Source of the DNA: Kudoa neothunni
Taxonomy: Eukaryota > Animalia > Cnidaria
Assembly (NCBI GenBank): GCA_964304625.1
Contig: OZ199838.1
Location: forward strand, 5,154,945-5,218,944
DNA length: 64,000 nucleotides
Direction of reading: 5' to 3'
In this document: positions 1 through 14,493 of the stretch, piece after piece
Position numbering within the stretch: position 1 is the stretch's first letter
Layout: every line of letters begins with the position of its first letter
Notes under the pieces: generated by a model
The model's database searches: none
Told to the model about the DNA's origin: nothing
The model's input: only the letters and a program-made list of their open reading frames with translations
Position numbers and translations under genes: made by a program

Positions 1-1867
1 TGGTTCTCTATGTTGAATATTAATACATTGTCACGTTTAAGGTTATTTAAAAATTGATAGAATTCGTTCACACGAATATAAATTCAAAAATATGGATATT
101 GAAACTAAAAAGAGGACACATTTTTGTGGAAAATTAAAAATATAGATGGTGAGCTGTATGATTGGCTCGTTAAACAATGGTCGAATGATAATGTTTTGTT
201 GAGATATGGTATTATCGAAATTGCTTTATATATTGAAAATAAAAAGGAAATTTCCAATTTAAAGTCTATTTAAGAGTGGTTTTCGGATCCCACGTCAAAA
301 TATGGGGTAGCTTTCAAAATGTTTCATGGTGAGGCTGCGAATACAGGTATTTCATCAATTGACTCATGGACTGTTGAAAACATTAATTTGGTTAAGGCGT
401 ATAGTCCTAAAATGACGTTATAAACATTGATGAAATTGCCCCTCTTTTGTGAGCAGTTACAAAACATTAGTTGTTTTTTAAGGATGAAGTCGTAATGTAA
501 GGGACAAAATATCCAAAAAAGGGTGAATTTTTTACTGTCACAATTTTTTAAATTGAGGTAAACTCCCATCTGTTTTAATTGGTAAATTTAAAAATCCTAG
601 ACGTTACAATTGAGTTAAACATCTACCGCATGAATATTATTCAAAAAAACACACGGATGATGTATCGTAGATTTATGAACATAGTTAGAAAGTTGAACCA
701 AAGAAACAACTAATATTTCACAAACCTTAATTTATACATTATCAAATGCATTAAAAGCAGGTCAAGAATACATTGTCCAAGCACACGGTTTTATGTGAAA
801 ATTTTTTCATCGAAAAATAAACATTACCAAACTCAATCATGCCATTGATTAAACTTTAGGAGAGTATTACGCCAGAAATTATATTTACTCGTTTTAAAAA
901 GCAAAAATTCTTGGTAGTAATATATAAAACTGTAATAAAAGGGGTTGAATCAGTTTATAGAACAAGAAGATTTAAGAAAGATATCCCGAGCCAGAAACAT
1001 TTCACATAGTAATATTTTATGTACACATAATTAATCTTATTAAATGAATTCGAAATTTACGAAAATATATTTGACGATGATAATGTTGCAACATGTGAGA
1101 ATCAAAATCATGCGGACTTATTGCCCATAATGGTTAATCTGATGATATCGAACCAATTATTAAAGAAGTCAAAAGTTTAATCAAATAAATAAAAAATATG
1201 GTTAACATTTTAATGAAAGTTTTAGTTCAAGAGGATCCATCAATATTGTTTTGATTAATATTCCATACTGAGCAGAATTTAAAAAATATCAATAGAAAGA
1301 TTTCGATATACAAAAATCACAAGAATTTTTAACAAAATTTAATAACTTTTCCTTAATTGAATTCTATGTTATCTGTGTTTTAACAATGTTTGTTTGTAGG
1401 AATAATCATCGAACGTAAGCACAAGAAAATCGTATTTTACAGTATCGTGCGCACGCACGATACTGGATATTACGTAAAAACTTTTGATTGCGTAGTTTTT
1501 TGCCGGTCCCCAAAACCCACGCAATATCCAATCTCGACTGTACTCCGAATTTGATGCGACAATAATAATTGCAGGGGACAACCATTCCTGTATAAATGCC
1601 AACGTTGGTGTTTTGTCCTCCTTGCAAGGAAGGAATTTTTTAGATGGAAATTTTCGGTAAAAAAATTATCTTAACGACATTAATTTTTTAATTATTATCA
1701 CTTAAACAAAATTCTATAAATTAAGATGCAAGAGAATCCTATATTTTTTAATTTATGGAAATGGCGAAATGATAAACTTAATCGATTACTGCGCGATAAT
1801 CAACCACTGAAACCAAAAAATCGATCAGAAAAAACATAATAAAGTCAATTGTAAGCGAGCATTGGTG

Positions 1868-4800
1868 TTAAACGAAACCAAAGGTTCGGCATTTTATGGC
1901 GGAAAGTAGTTGGGTTTTAAGGATCTTTTTAGTAGAATACAAGGGAACAAAAAGCTTGGTGGAACAGGTGTTGGCAGTGGGTAATCTAAAATCATCCAAA
2001 TATTTGATGACCACTGTGGGATTGCTATGCTTGGCGGAAAGGTAGTCGGCTGAGAGATTTGGTGAGGAAGTCCAAAATGTGAGTAGCTCACTTCGTTGTG
2101 ATTGTGACAATTCATTACACACGGACCAAAACCATGCTTTGAATTGATCTATTCTAGCTTGAGGAACGTTGCTGGCTTCAACCACAAAATTGGTGACTTT
2201 CTTCAGCATATCTACAGTAACAAACGTGCAACCATTGACTAACAATTTAAAATCTTCTGCGGTCAGGGTGGAGAACAGTTCTAAAGGAATAACTTGGTTT
2301 AAGCCTCTTTTCATGGCCTAAAAATGAAACAATATCAAGTTGTTCTATTAAAAAACAAGAGTTAATAGGTACCTCCAATTCAAGCTTGACTGAGTCTACC
2401 ATTTGGAATAAACAGAATTTTTCCACGTAAAAGAGAACGTTTTTCGGTGTGACGAGAATATCACGGCCACCTGGTACAAGATCGAAGAGTCGCAATCTAC
2501 CAGAGACCACTTTTTCGGTCGCAAAGTACAATCCATATAAATGCTCATCTCTGTCTTCAAATGCAGCCGCATCAATGATCATTTTTCGCATTGATTCATA
2601 GAAACAACCATCATAGAAAGCGAAATCATGCCACGACAACTCTCTACCTAGCAGATATTTGACAACTGGTCGAACAAGTACCAAAGGACACGGCACATCC
2701 AACACAATACACTGACCAATAAGACGACCAACGTTGATAAATGCATTGGTTCGTTCACGAGAACGTTTGCCTGACATTGGTATATATTGTCCTTTGATGG
2801 CTGCTTCATCGAAGAGAGCCTCAGTGTCATCGAATTTAATCTCTTCATTCATATATAGTTGTTGCTTGGTAACGCGCTGTTTAAGAGGAACCTCCAGATC
2901 AACTTGAATCTCCCTAACGTAATTGAACAATACGTGGTGGTTGGTTATGCATCGTATAAGCGCATCATGTGGAAATGAGACGATAATTCCAGTGACCAAT
3001 TCTGCCATACACACATTCTTTCGCTGTAAAAAGTTCACAATACACCTTCCAGCACTCCTTTGAGCGCTGGTGAGTGAAGGATTTGAGTCTTTAAAAGCTT
3101 GGGAGGTGGGTACTGAATAGTTGGGCAATCGGCTGGTTGTAGAGGCGCGTAGAACACAAGTGTCTAAAAATGATTCGATATCATCCATCAATGAAAAATC
3201 TAAATAGGAGCGTGTGTTTAGAAAAACGTTTTTGAGATCGGGCAATTTTTGTAGGGAGATTATAGCCAAAAATACGTCATTGACAAAGTTTCTAGTGACA
3301 CCTTGGCCCTCACCAGGTTCATTTTTAAAGGTGGCAATGATGCGAGGAATTTTTTCACTGCCATTTGGTTTGGAAAGGCGGAAAATGGTGTTAAGTTTCT
3401 CAAAGGTGATCGGAAGGATCTCTTCAAATTCGCGAGGCATACCTTTAATTGTGTACTCCTTGAACGACTTGTACATGGAACGATTGAGTAGACGTTTGAA
3501 GCTGCGTACTTTGGTATCATAGTGGCCAATCTCTAACAATGACGATCCGGGCTCAGCTCCAACATCTTTGAGGAACAACTTGGCAAACGACGTCACACAA
3601 CAATTCCAACGCGCATACAAATCAACCAAATCCCAATCAAGCATGTTGCCTGTTATATTATTTTGATTGTATTGAAAGAGATTGGTAGAGTAGGGATTTC
3701 TGGATGACGGGTGACTGCCAGGTTGATTGTGTCCATACGTTGACCTATTCGGATTGGAAGCAAACCCAAACAAGTCTTGTTTGGTTGAGGTGGGCATGAG
3801 TAGACTGGGATTTAGGGCGAATGGTAAAGCTTTTTCTAGAGGAGTAGTTAACTCGTCCGGTACCAATGATGCCAACATTAGTGTGGAATCAGTCCTTTTG
3901 AAAAATCTTACTGTTTTTCTAACAGCATTACTATCACTGGTAAATTGAGGATCGCTTGTGGAGGAACAATCTGGCAACATTACCACCTGATCAAAACTGC
4001 TGTTGTTGTTACTGCTATTGCTATTGTTAAGATAATTAGTAGCACTAAATTTTTCCTCTTTCATGTAATAGACAAAGGCGTCAAAGATGTAAGCAACATA
4101 ACGCATTGAGCTTATATCCACTTTAGGCATCATATAGAGATGTTCATCATTCGATGACCGAACTAGTGATAAAATGCCGGACAAAAAGTTGACACGTAGA
4201 TTGCTATTATATTCGTCCTCATCTTGGCTTTCACCTAACGCAATAGCAGAGTTGCGACGGAAATAATTCCAGCTGAAGTTAGTTGTGTCGTGGAGTTGTT
4301 GGTAGTTTTGCACCAGAAAACCCATCTCATTCCTGATCAACTTTGGGAGACGATAGTCAGTGGTGACGCCGTGTCGAAGCAATGCTTCAGTATAGTCCAT
4401 AATACGGAACAGCCAGGTGGTTACATACTCAAGACTAGTTCTTAGGGATTGTATCACATGTGAAAAACTAGCATCATTGTGCATGTTGGACCGTTTAATG
4501 ATGATAGTCACCGTACGTAGAATACTCGCAAACGCTCTTGCCGAAGCTTCATTCGAAGAAAGTACTGTAGGATAGGAACTGTTGGCAACCAATAGAGAGC
4601 TGGTAGTACCTGCACCACCTGCATTACGAGAGGTACCAAAAGCTATACTGGGACGAGTTTGTTGAGTTTCGTTGAATATGGTGGAGATTACACGGGGATG
4701 GCCTTCTGCAATTTGTGTATGGCGTCCCAGAAAATCTCTACCCGGAGCACCAAACACGCGGTTAGCACTATTGTTGATTGACCAATCGAGAGAAGCCACA

Positions 4801-7800
4801 AGTCTATTATTGTTGCTGCTACCAAGGAATTGGTCATGTGATAGAGGCTGTTCAGTTGCGAGTTCATTAGGGTTATTGTGTGGATCAACATTATCAACGG
4901 CAGGAAGTTGATCGTTGTTAAGAAAAATGGGATTATCAGGCATATTGCTAAGGGGATTTGATGGGTGAAATAGACCATTTGGATCGGTAGAAGTTGTGGC
5001 TATGTTGGTATTGTTTGCCAATGGATCAATAAACGATCCGTTTCCTCCAGCTCCTCGATTGAAAATCACACTCACAGATCGATTAATGTTTCCGTTTCTG
5101 TTGTTACCAGCACCACCAAATTGGGAAAATCGAGGGAGTGCATCGAAAAATTCGCCCCCAAGTGAGACTGGATCTTCAAGTCCAAACAAATGAGATACAT
5201 CGCTGTTCTCTGAAATATCATCAAGGCCACCACCACCAGCCTCATCGGAGGAAGTTGTCGACGGCGAGTACTCGTCTTCCTCTTCGTCGATAGTCAGATC
5301 TGAAGTTTCTTCATCTGAATAGGAGCTGTAATCATCCACACCATCAACATCATGACTGATAACAAAGGGACCACCAACTCCCCCTCTATAAGAGTTGGCG
5401 CCACGATCATCATAATTTAGGAGTGTTCTGTTGACCGAATCACCAAACTCGGTGCCCACATTATCAAGATCTCCAACACTATCGCCATCTTCATCATCTT
5501 CGGAAGTCAAACCTTCAGTATCTTCATCATTTGAGGTGGTTTCATCGGCCGAATCCACTTCATTATCAGAGGAAACTGATGGAGGCTCAATGCTAACTTC
5601 AACCAAGTTACCACGATTGATCAATGCTTCACTGTGGGAAATGTTTTTGCTGATTTTTGGATGTAGAATGAACATTTTGACAGTTTTTTCAATACAGTCA
5701 GCCTCATTATCAGCCAGATTGACGTTATGAAGGAAACTGGTGATATTCATAATAACCGGTGTTATAACGGCATTTGCCATGGTAACCAAAGTTGTGACAG
5801 ATAATGTGGGATCGATAGAAAACAGATCGTAGAATATATTTAAATATTTACTAATGCCGGCACTCTTATAGAGTCCGGGTGACATACCGGATATAAACAC
5901 ATTGAAAACACGACACACCGAACGGATAAAAACATCAACAATAGCGGAAGGAGTAGATGGGATAAGTGATGAGGTGTGAAACTGATCCCGTTTCAATGAG
6001 GCGATTAATCGATTTAATGGATCGCTTTTACATTTGAAGATGAGATAACACACTGTGGAATCCACATAACGAACATCCCGTTGTCTGTGGCTGGTTCCAA
6101 TTTCTTCTTCGATGGACTGAAAGGCAGAGTGTTGGGAGTATTCGTTTGCAAGATGAGCGCTTCCATAGTTTGGATTGTCGTCGGCGAGATCACGTGGAGT
6201 TACAATCTTTTTCACTAGGGACACATTCGAGAATATAATCTCTAACGCAGCGATAATAAAATCGAATTTTGGCACAACTGATTGGATTTTGAAACCATGC
6301 ACAAGTCCACGCTGAAATATTCTGTCTAGGTCATTTGAGGTGACATTGTCCGAAGAGAGAGGATCTTTCCGAGCAAGTACAGGCATTGGGGGGAAAATAA
6401 ACCCAAACGATCTATTATTGTTATTACCACCACTGGCGGCAGCAGTGGAATTGATATTCGCTTCAGGAGTGTTTACGTTAATGGTGGTTGTTGTAGGATT
6501 ATTGGTTGTTTGTGGAACACCCAATGATACTGTGTTATTGTTGTTGTTGTTGTTGATTTTGACAGATGAGAGATCGGTTTTATGAATGTAGTCTGGTCTG
6601 GATTCAGTGTATAACAAAAAGGCTACCAATATATCCCACCGTTCATTACAAACCGATCCAAAAATATCCACGCTATCGACCAGCAATTTGAATAAATTCA
6701 AACGCATGTCTTGATCACCGCCGATCAAACTCTTGCAGTGGGATATCTCCCAGCAGTCACAGTATGCTGTGGGTGAGGCACCCATGAGAAGACAATTGTG
6801 TCCATAGTGACAGACGCTTGCACATTGAGAACAGCAACAAAGTTTCCCTGACAATGAGCATGTATAGCATTGGTATATATCTTGTTTGATGTGTTTGGGT
6901 CCGGACCATGTGAATGAGCACACGTCGTTAGCACACAACATATAATATACAGAGTTGTTAGGAGAATAGGTTTTATGAGGGAAAATCGTGCGTAAAAGAA
7001 CGGCCTTAAGTTGGTTGATATCGGTTTTGTTGAAGTGTTGCTGGTCTAGTATTAGGTTGGAGTTGTCCGTTTGGTTAGGGTCTAGTGAGGATTGCTGTTG
7101 TTGTTGCTCATATGTTGGCACAACAATGTCCACTCTATCCATCAATAAATCCAGCACAAACCCCACGTACACAAATGCCACATGATAACTTCTAATAGAG
7201 ATAGCATAGATGATAGGAGTGAAACCATTTATATCACACGATAACAGATAATTGATAATAGTAGGTTGGTATTGATGGTGACGAACAAATTTACGAGTGT
7301 GTTGTGCAATAGCCAATTCTTTTTCAGGATTGGCACCATTGTGCTTGTAACCATAATAGAGAGCTTCATAAGCCAATACATGTAGAATATTTTGTCGCTG
7401 GTAGAACAGTGACTGTTGTAGGAGTTTTTCGGGTGTGTATTTATTCTCTAAGATATCTCTGAAAATTGAGCTGTGTCTAGGAAGAAGTACACATAGATTG
7501 AAGTGTTTGTTTAATTTGGTGCTTGATTTGTGATGGCTGAACATTCGAATAGCGGAGATAAGAGGGAAGGCCGGTGCATCTAAAACTCTTGATTTGTTTG
7601 TACATCTTCGGAAAATTGTTTCGCCGCCATCGTTAGTGGTCAATACAATCAGATCACCAAAGTGTTTCATAGCGGTGATGGTAAAGTTTCCATTCATGAG
7701 ACCCAATCGTATGGAATCAGGCACATTGAATTCTATTTCTCTAAAATTTTTGCCTTTGAACTCAAACACAGCGCCAGTGACTTCACCATTGCTTCGTTCA

Positions 7801-10163
7801 ACGATAGAAAGAATGTTGTATTGGTTGGCGGAGATGGCTAAAATTTTGTGTCCGGTAACGGCGCTGTTAACCTTTATAGGTTCACTGGGAATTTTGTATT
7901 TGATGTAGGTGGTAATTTCGTTCGCATTTTTCTCATTGAAAATGTGCGTATCGGATATTTTCCATACCGACAGCAAAGAAACATTAGCTTTGACAATGAC
8001 TTCTTTGAATGGTTTATCGATCAGCTCGGGGTCGGTACAAACAATCAAATTGTTTTTCTCCACTTTGATCACAACTCCCAATTCGTGACGGTAGCAATTG
8101 TCCAGCATGTCGTCCAGGAAAATCACGTTATCAATACGCCAAGTTTCAGTGTTGCGAAGAGGTTCCGAGGGGCCGCCACCCCCACTAGCATCACTTGCAA
8201 CAATGCCGGCGGATCCGTAAATAATAGGCCCACTTGTGGTGGTACTAGTGCAACCAACGCTAGAGGTGACGTTATTATGGCTATGATTAACGTCTGCTGG
8301 GATGACAGGGTTGATAGAGGAATGAGGTGTGGAAGAGCGAGCGCGTTTAGTAGGTTTACCAAATTTTGAGGTCATACCAAAAGTGCCTGGATCACGATAA
8401 TCCTTCACCACTTCAACGACAATATTGTGTGGAAGCTCGGTGATATCACTGGTGATTCTACCAAAACGTAATGTGTCACTGGATACATCTACAACAAGTG
8501 ATCCTTCGCGATGAAGAGGACAACGAAAGTTGTACACTTTGGAGCCGACTGAAAAGTTGTTTGATTTGTTTCGATCTTTGATTTTCAATTCGTTCATGTA
8601 TGAGAATTGTAACGGCATCAACATTGGCATTGATTTCAATCCCCAAAAGAAAGCCTGGCCATTCTCCATCAATATAACCGCGTACGAACTGCAAACACTG
8701 ATTCTCTTTACGGCACTGTTGTTGGGCATTGGAATCTTGTGATTGAGTTCGGGCAGAAATGGGACACATCTATCCAAAAATGTGTACACTTTATTGGTGT
8801 CAGTGGAGAAACACAATCTCAAAGGAGATGCATCCACATGAACAACTCGTTCTTCAGTCACTCCCAGTTCTAATAACCGTGTGTGGCTGTGAAAACCCCA
8901 AGATGTGGGTTGTTTGTTTTTGGTGTTGATTAACGGCTTCAATTTGCGCCAATTCCATTGATGTAATCCACCCAACTCATCCAACATCACCAAATCTGAT
9001 CTCATTGCAAATATACGTTTGATTTTGGCATTGCCATCCATACTCCACCATATGGGGGAAGGCACCTCCACACACACATCAGTTTCACAGTCCAATCTAT
9101 TTGGAGATGTGCGTGGTTGGTTGAGTGAAGTGTCTTGGCGGGTTCTAGGTGGAAACAAATTTTGTTGAAAACGCATGGATAGCGGACGTGTATTATTTCC
9201 AATATGTGTCACATCACCAGGATGATTAAGTTGTGATGTGATATTTGGGACTACATTAAGTGCACCACTATCATCACCACCATTATTTCGATTGGAAATT
9301 TGTGGCTGTTGTTGTTGTTGCTGCTGTTGCAATTGAGCGGAGGGAAAAAAAGGCCTTAGGGGGTTATAACTGGCGGGGTTTGTCGAAAGTGGATTGTCAA
9401 CAGTCCGCTGCGTGTTGGGATCAATATAAAACCTTGTATTGGAAGGGACTTGGGAGGTCACACGCCTAGTCAACGCAAGAAGTGTGTCATCAATGGTAAG
9501 ATTATTCTGTGCTAGCGCAATTGCAATCATGTCTCTTGGAACTTGGGGGAAATCATGTTGAACTCTATCGATCAAATTATCGGGTATAATATTGCGCGAA
9601 ATTCCACGTAAACGTCTCAACTGATGAGGAATAGTGGAATTAGCCAATGAGTTGCGTAACTCAAGAGCTTCGTCTGGATTAATATCGTTTGCTAATAGAG
9701 TTTGACGTTGTATCGCTAACGTATTTCTATCATTGGATTGTGTTGCCGTACTGTCGCCAGCTAAATTGAAACAAAGTACCGTCAAATAAAGGAGGTAGGC
9801 GAATCAAAAAATCCCTACCATCCAATGAAAGTCTAGGTCTTTTACGATCTTTGTTCTTCTCATTCGCCCTAGGACTGTTGTCGTGTTTGGATTTCTTTTG
9901 ACTCACTTTATACACCAAACGACAAACTCGTCCATCCTTAAAAATACCATCTAGCTAAATTACAAATATAATAAATATGTTACTTTAGTCAATAGCGCTA
10001 TATGCTTGTCAGAAATAGCACAATCTATAAACTCTTCGTTGTCACACTTGAAGAAATCGTCAGCTCTAAATTTTGTTTCATTGATTAATCAAACTATGAA
10101 TATCAACTGCTACAATATTACCCCTTATCATTTCGAAACGTATTTTCAAATATTTTCTTCCAA
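1868..10163 (-). CDS. UBR5: E3 ubiquitin ligase UBR5/EDD/Hyd (HECT type); true start codon not resolved (upstream of 10163)
   Basis: UBA-like segment (IPDNLIDRVQHDFPQVPRDMIAIALAQNNL), UBR-box (CSFTWSGPKHIKQDIYQCYTCSLSGKLCCCSQCASVCHYGHNC), HECT domain (EPGEGQGVTR ... LPTANTC with catalytic Cys, ends RTFGFV*). GT-AG introns at 2318-2372, 9761-9818, 9937-9983 and 10066-10121 join the ORFs; splicing restores N-terminal HIALLTK|DGRVCR, matching UBR5 'DGRVCR'. Confidence 0.95.
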
Positions 10164-13100
10164 CTACAAACAAAACAAATTAATCATCATATTTAAATAT
10201 ATACATCTTAACAAATTAATACAAAGGGCGGTGAAAATAATTAATAACTAGGCAACCCTTATTATGTGAGACTATTAACACATTTGATTATTAATTGTGA
10301 CATATCGTTAGAAATATCACCCAATATTTTATGATATAACAAAAATTAGTGAGATATGTTAAAAACTGCTTTAAATGTCATGATTACAAGCAAATAAACT
10401 CATAAAATCATACTAATATCAATAGATCCACTAAAAATTTATCAAACAAATTACCAGTCAAACTGTTGGTTGTAAGTAGCTCCTTTAGCATAGATAAAGT
10501 ATTTAGGGTCGCTCATCAGAACAATTCAACAAATGGTCTACCCAGCAAACTCTACAATACCGGGATTTATGGACGATAAATACCGACAATTTCTACGACG
10601 TTCCATCGTGCGCCGGATTATTTGCGCATTTTTAATCCTAATTTAAATCGATTGTTTTGTTTCTCTTTTATTTGTTTTTGATAATTATCATTTTTTATGT
10701 AATATCCAAGTGAACAACCAAACCAATGTTCACAACAATTTTTTATGAATATAGCGTGTGTTACAACTGATAAGATAAGCTATTGTAATATTCGTCAATA
10801 CTTTGTTTCTGTTATTTGTTGGAACGAATAACAAGTTTTTGGTGATTCATTTATGAAATATTATTTGACGTTATTTGATTCAACATCGATAGATGATGAA
10901 TCAAAACAAATTTATTCCATTTTTAAAATCTGCTGGATTAAATGTATTATGTGATCTTTCATTGGACTTAATAATGATATCCAACTTATTAGAGACTATT
11001 TCTAATCTATATCTCATGTATTATTCCCCTACTGATTCAGCGAAATGGTGTTCTTGTTGAAAAATTCCTATCAATACTGTCACATGCCCTCGCATCAGTA
11101 AGTCCGCCCGTTTAAATAAGATAAGGAGAGTTGATAAGGAAATGTAAGGTCGTTAGACAATGTACTGGTTGATAGAAGTCAAATTTGTTAGTGAATTCGA
11201 CACAAAAAGGATACTCTGAGAGTATCTAAATATATTTAATTAAGTGTGAATCGAAGGACAACCCAATAATAAATTTGTTAGTTTATCTATTAGCATTTAA
11301 ATGTACAATATTTTTAAGTCATTAGATTTATTCGAAGTCCGCATCATCGCAGCCTATATAGCTGTCCAATACATAGAGGAATCTGCGTATGGCTGACGTT
11401 TAAGACTTTAAAATGATATAACTGATTATATTTACTAGATGTAAACAATACATACGAAATTAGCTTACTAAAATTAATACGATACTATAAAGGTAGGATG
11501 AAAACGTTAATTGGCTTAGAATTATGACGTATTCGCTCTATTCCCAATGTTGGTTATTTTGATAGTATGTTGGTAAAATACGTCTTATAGACTAAGTTTT
11601 AGTAGGTTAGTGTAAGTCAAACAATAAAAACTTAGGTTTGTATTAATTTAATTATAGCTGAAGTATTTAGTGGTCTGTTGATAGTTTTTTATTCTCATAT
11701 TAAGTTAAAGAAAAATATTAACTCAAATTTTAATTGTTATTTCGAAAATTATCTATATACATATATATATATATATATTTATTATCGCTATATTAAGTAT
11801 AATGTATCGAAGATTTGAAATGATTAAATTTAAAACTACAATATTTACAATCATATGATGTTGTTGTGAAATGAAGTCAATATTGCACGTTCGGCTCCTG
11901 CTTTCCCTGCATATAATAGTGTAATTATATTTTTATTTAAGTAAGAATCATGTATTTATCCATATATACTATGTAGTTAACATTAATTTCATATATGGAT
12001 ATTAATTGCATTATGGATATTAAATTCATGTATAGATATTAAGAGCATACAGGATCATTATGTTTTACAGTAGTAGATTGTGACGCTTTATTAGTGTTTC
12101 GACATGAAATACTTTTTCTTAGTTTTCAAAAATTAAAAGAAATTGGGGTTGTTCGAAAATTGTAATTTAGTCAGCAAAATATTATTCGGGTCATTATATG
12201 TACATATTTTTTGTGTGCTGTAAATTAGAAAATAGTAATCGTGTGCGACCTTTCAGATTAGTTTGCTGATTGTATCATTCGAATTTCTCTAGGAATTTAC
12301 AACTGTAAACTAAATCTTTTATTGAAGATAGGTTAATGTTACTTATCCAACAGATATCTATTTTAGAATGGCAAAAGATTTATTAAATAAGCAGAATATC
12401 CAAAGCTTGGGTTTTTTGCGTCAACCTTGGGCTCTTGGGGGTTTTTTCATTTGTGTATAAAACTAAATTTATATTTGAATAGTTAGGATATTTATGGATG
12501 AAAATAAAATTTAAAATTAAGAGATGTTCAAAATGTTCCTATTTTGATTGTTACGCTAAATTAAAAATTGTATAATACTTCAAATGAGCCCCATATTGGA
12601 GGAGGTAGCACGTTTCTGCATGAGTGTTGCCTCAGTATTACATTCTTAAGCGTTAGTTATTGATTTTACTTGATTGTATGCGGTATTATATCGAATTTCA
12701 TGATTAACTTCATCATTTGGTCGCATTATTAATCCTTGCCGAATGAATTTTCCCTTGATAAATTCCTAATGATAAAGCAAGTTAACTTATTGTAAGCGTA
12801 AGCAGTAAAATGCACACAATTTGCAAAAAAATTAATTAGGCAAAATAGTAATACGTGCTTGGCATTATACCCCACAAAAAATTATTATAAGAAATGAGCA
12901 ATGATGCTGTTAATCATAAGTATCTTTTTATCTTGAAATTTCCAAGACAATCTTTGAAACAAAGGTCAGAACTAGGGAACAATGATTAACCGGCGCTGTA
13001 GACCAGAAACCAGAATTAAATAATAATTTTTTAAATATTCGAATATTTTTTAATATTTGTGTTTTATTAAAAATTTATTTTGACATCCTGGTATTTCCAA

Positions 13101-14493
13101 ATTAAATCTCAGGCCTTAGTTTACTTCAAAATATCGTTATCTTATTTTTGTAGCCGTTGAGTTGTACCTTTTTTTCAATATTGGTCATTAAAGTTACATA
13201 TGTTCTCAATTGTAAAAATAAGTGAAAGAATTTTGTTGATAGATATGGCTGAGTTATAGCAGATTATATATGCCAGAATGTCTGCTAATATAAATAATGA
13301 AAAATTTTTGTTTACCTATAAGTTTAGTCGATAAATTTTAAGCGTATATTTAAATGAGAAAGCATATTTACACATCTTATGATAACGAATTAATGTTTCT
13401 TAATTGTTTATTCATCATATATGCGCCTGAAGATATCTTCTCGTTACATCATCTAAAAATAAACCCTTTTATATGACAATTGGCACATTCACATGGTACC
13501 CATGTGTATGAATGGGTGTGAATGACGCCAGAAAAATCCATAACGTATTCTAAGGAAATCAAACAATTACTGGAGTATATAGTATCTTAACGTTTAAATC
13601 TATTTATGAATTTAAATAAATTTCTGTAATTTTCGATGATAATTGATCAAATTAATTTTCCAATAGATACGGATTGTTTTAAGATATGATATCGCCATTA
13701 AGAGTTTGCGTGAGTAGACGTTCCATTCTTAATTATTATAAAAATTCTAAATTACAGCATTACTAATCTATGCAAATGGTAAATGTAGAATGTAATGAAC
13801 ATAAACATGGATTGAATGTTGTATTACTTTATCACAATAATAAAAGTTTTGAGGTATTTTTCAACATAAGAAGTCTATAGTTATTGTTAAAGTTTTAAAT
13901 GAAATAATTCGAATGGAGGATGGCTTCATGTTAAAAAGTAGTAATATGTGAATAAAAGTAATAAAGTTTAGTAAAAAATGGCGAGTCTAATAATGAGAAA
14001 GATTCGGGTAATAAAAATAAAAACCGATTAAATAGTAGAGCTCTCGCTTTAATTAAGCAAGTCAAAATATCCTGATTTATTGAACGAATGGTTTTATCCA
14101 ATAATTGGTGAATCTTTTAAATTACGGATTTGTGCCTCCTATTTTAATAAGCTCTTTTGACGTATAAATGAAACAAAATGATATAGGTGGTTATTGTATG
14201 AAGAAAATTGAAACCCAAAAGTAAATAGGAATGAATAATACTGATCAGAGTTGAGGCAAGAGATAAAAAATTATCTGAATTATAACAGAGTAAGAAATTA
14301 TGAAATCACACATGATACGTTGTTGATAAAAAAAGGTTAAAATCTTTCAAAACCAAACTCGTACTCGTTTTCTGGAATTCATCGAATTTGTTAAAATATC
14401 ACCAACACGCTCTAACGTTTTTACTAACAGGTATAACAGATATCAAAAAAAGTTTATGATTTTTAAAACAGATTTGCAGCCTTAACAAATGAA

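Noticed and set aside
1-1650. Possible TE relics here and at ~10.7-11.1, 25.4-26.6, 27.7-28.3 and 51.3-52.1 kb
   Set aside because: Too decayed: no paired termini or unambiguous motifs could be established by eye.
3214-9469. Many short antisense or alternate-frame ORFs inside UBR5 (likewise inside RRM1, POLRMT, TYMS, CCT6)
   Set aside because: Shadow ORFs of long coding exons with no recognisable motifs.
11761-11778. (AT)n microsatellite
   Set aside because: Short and expected in AT-rich DNA.
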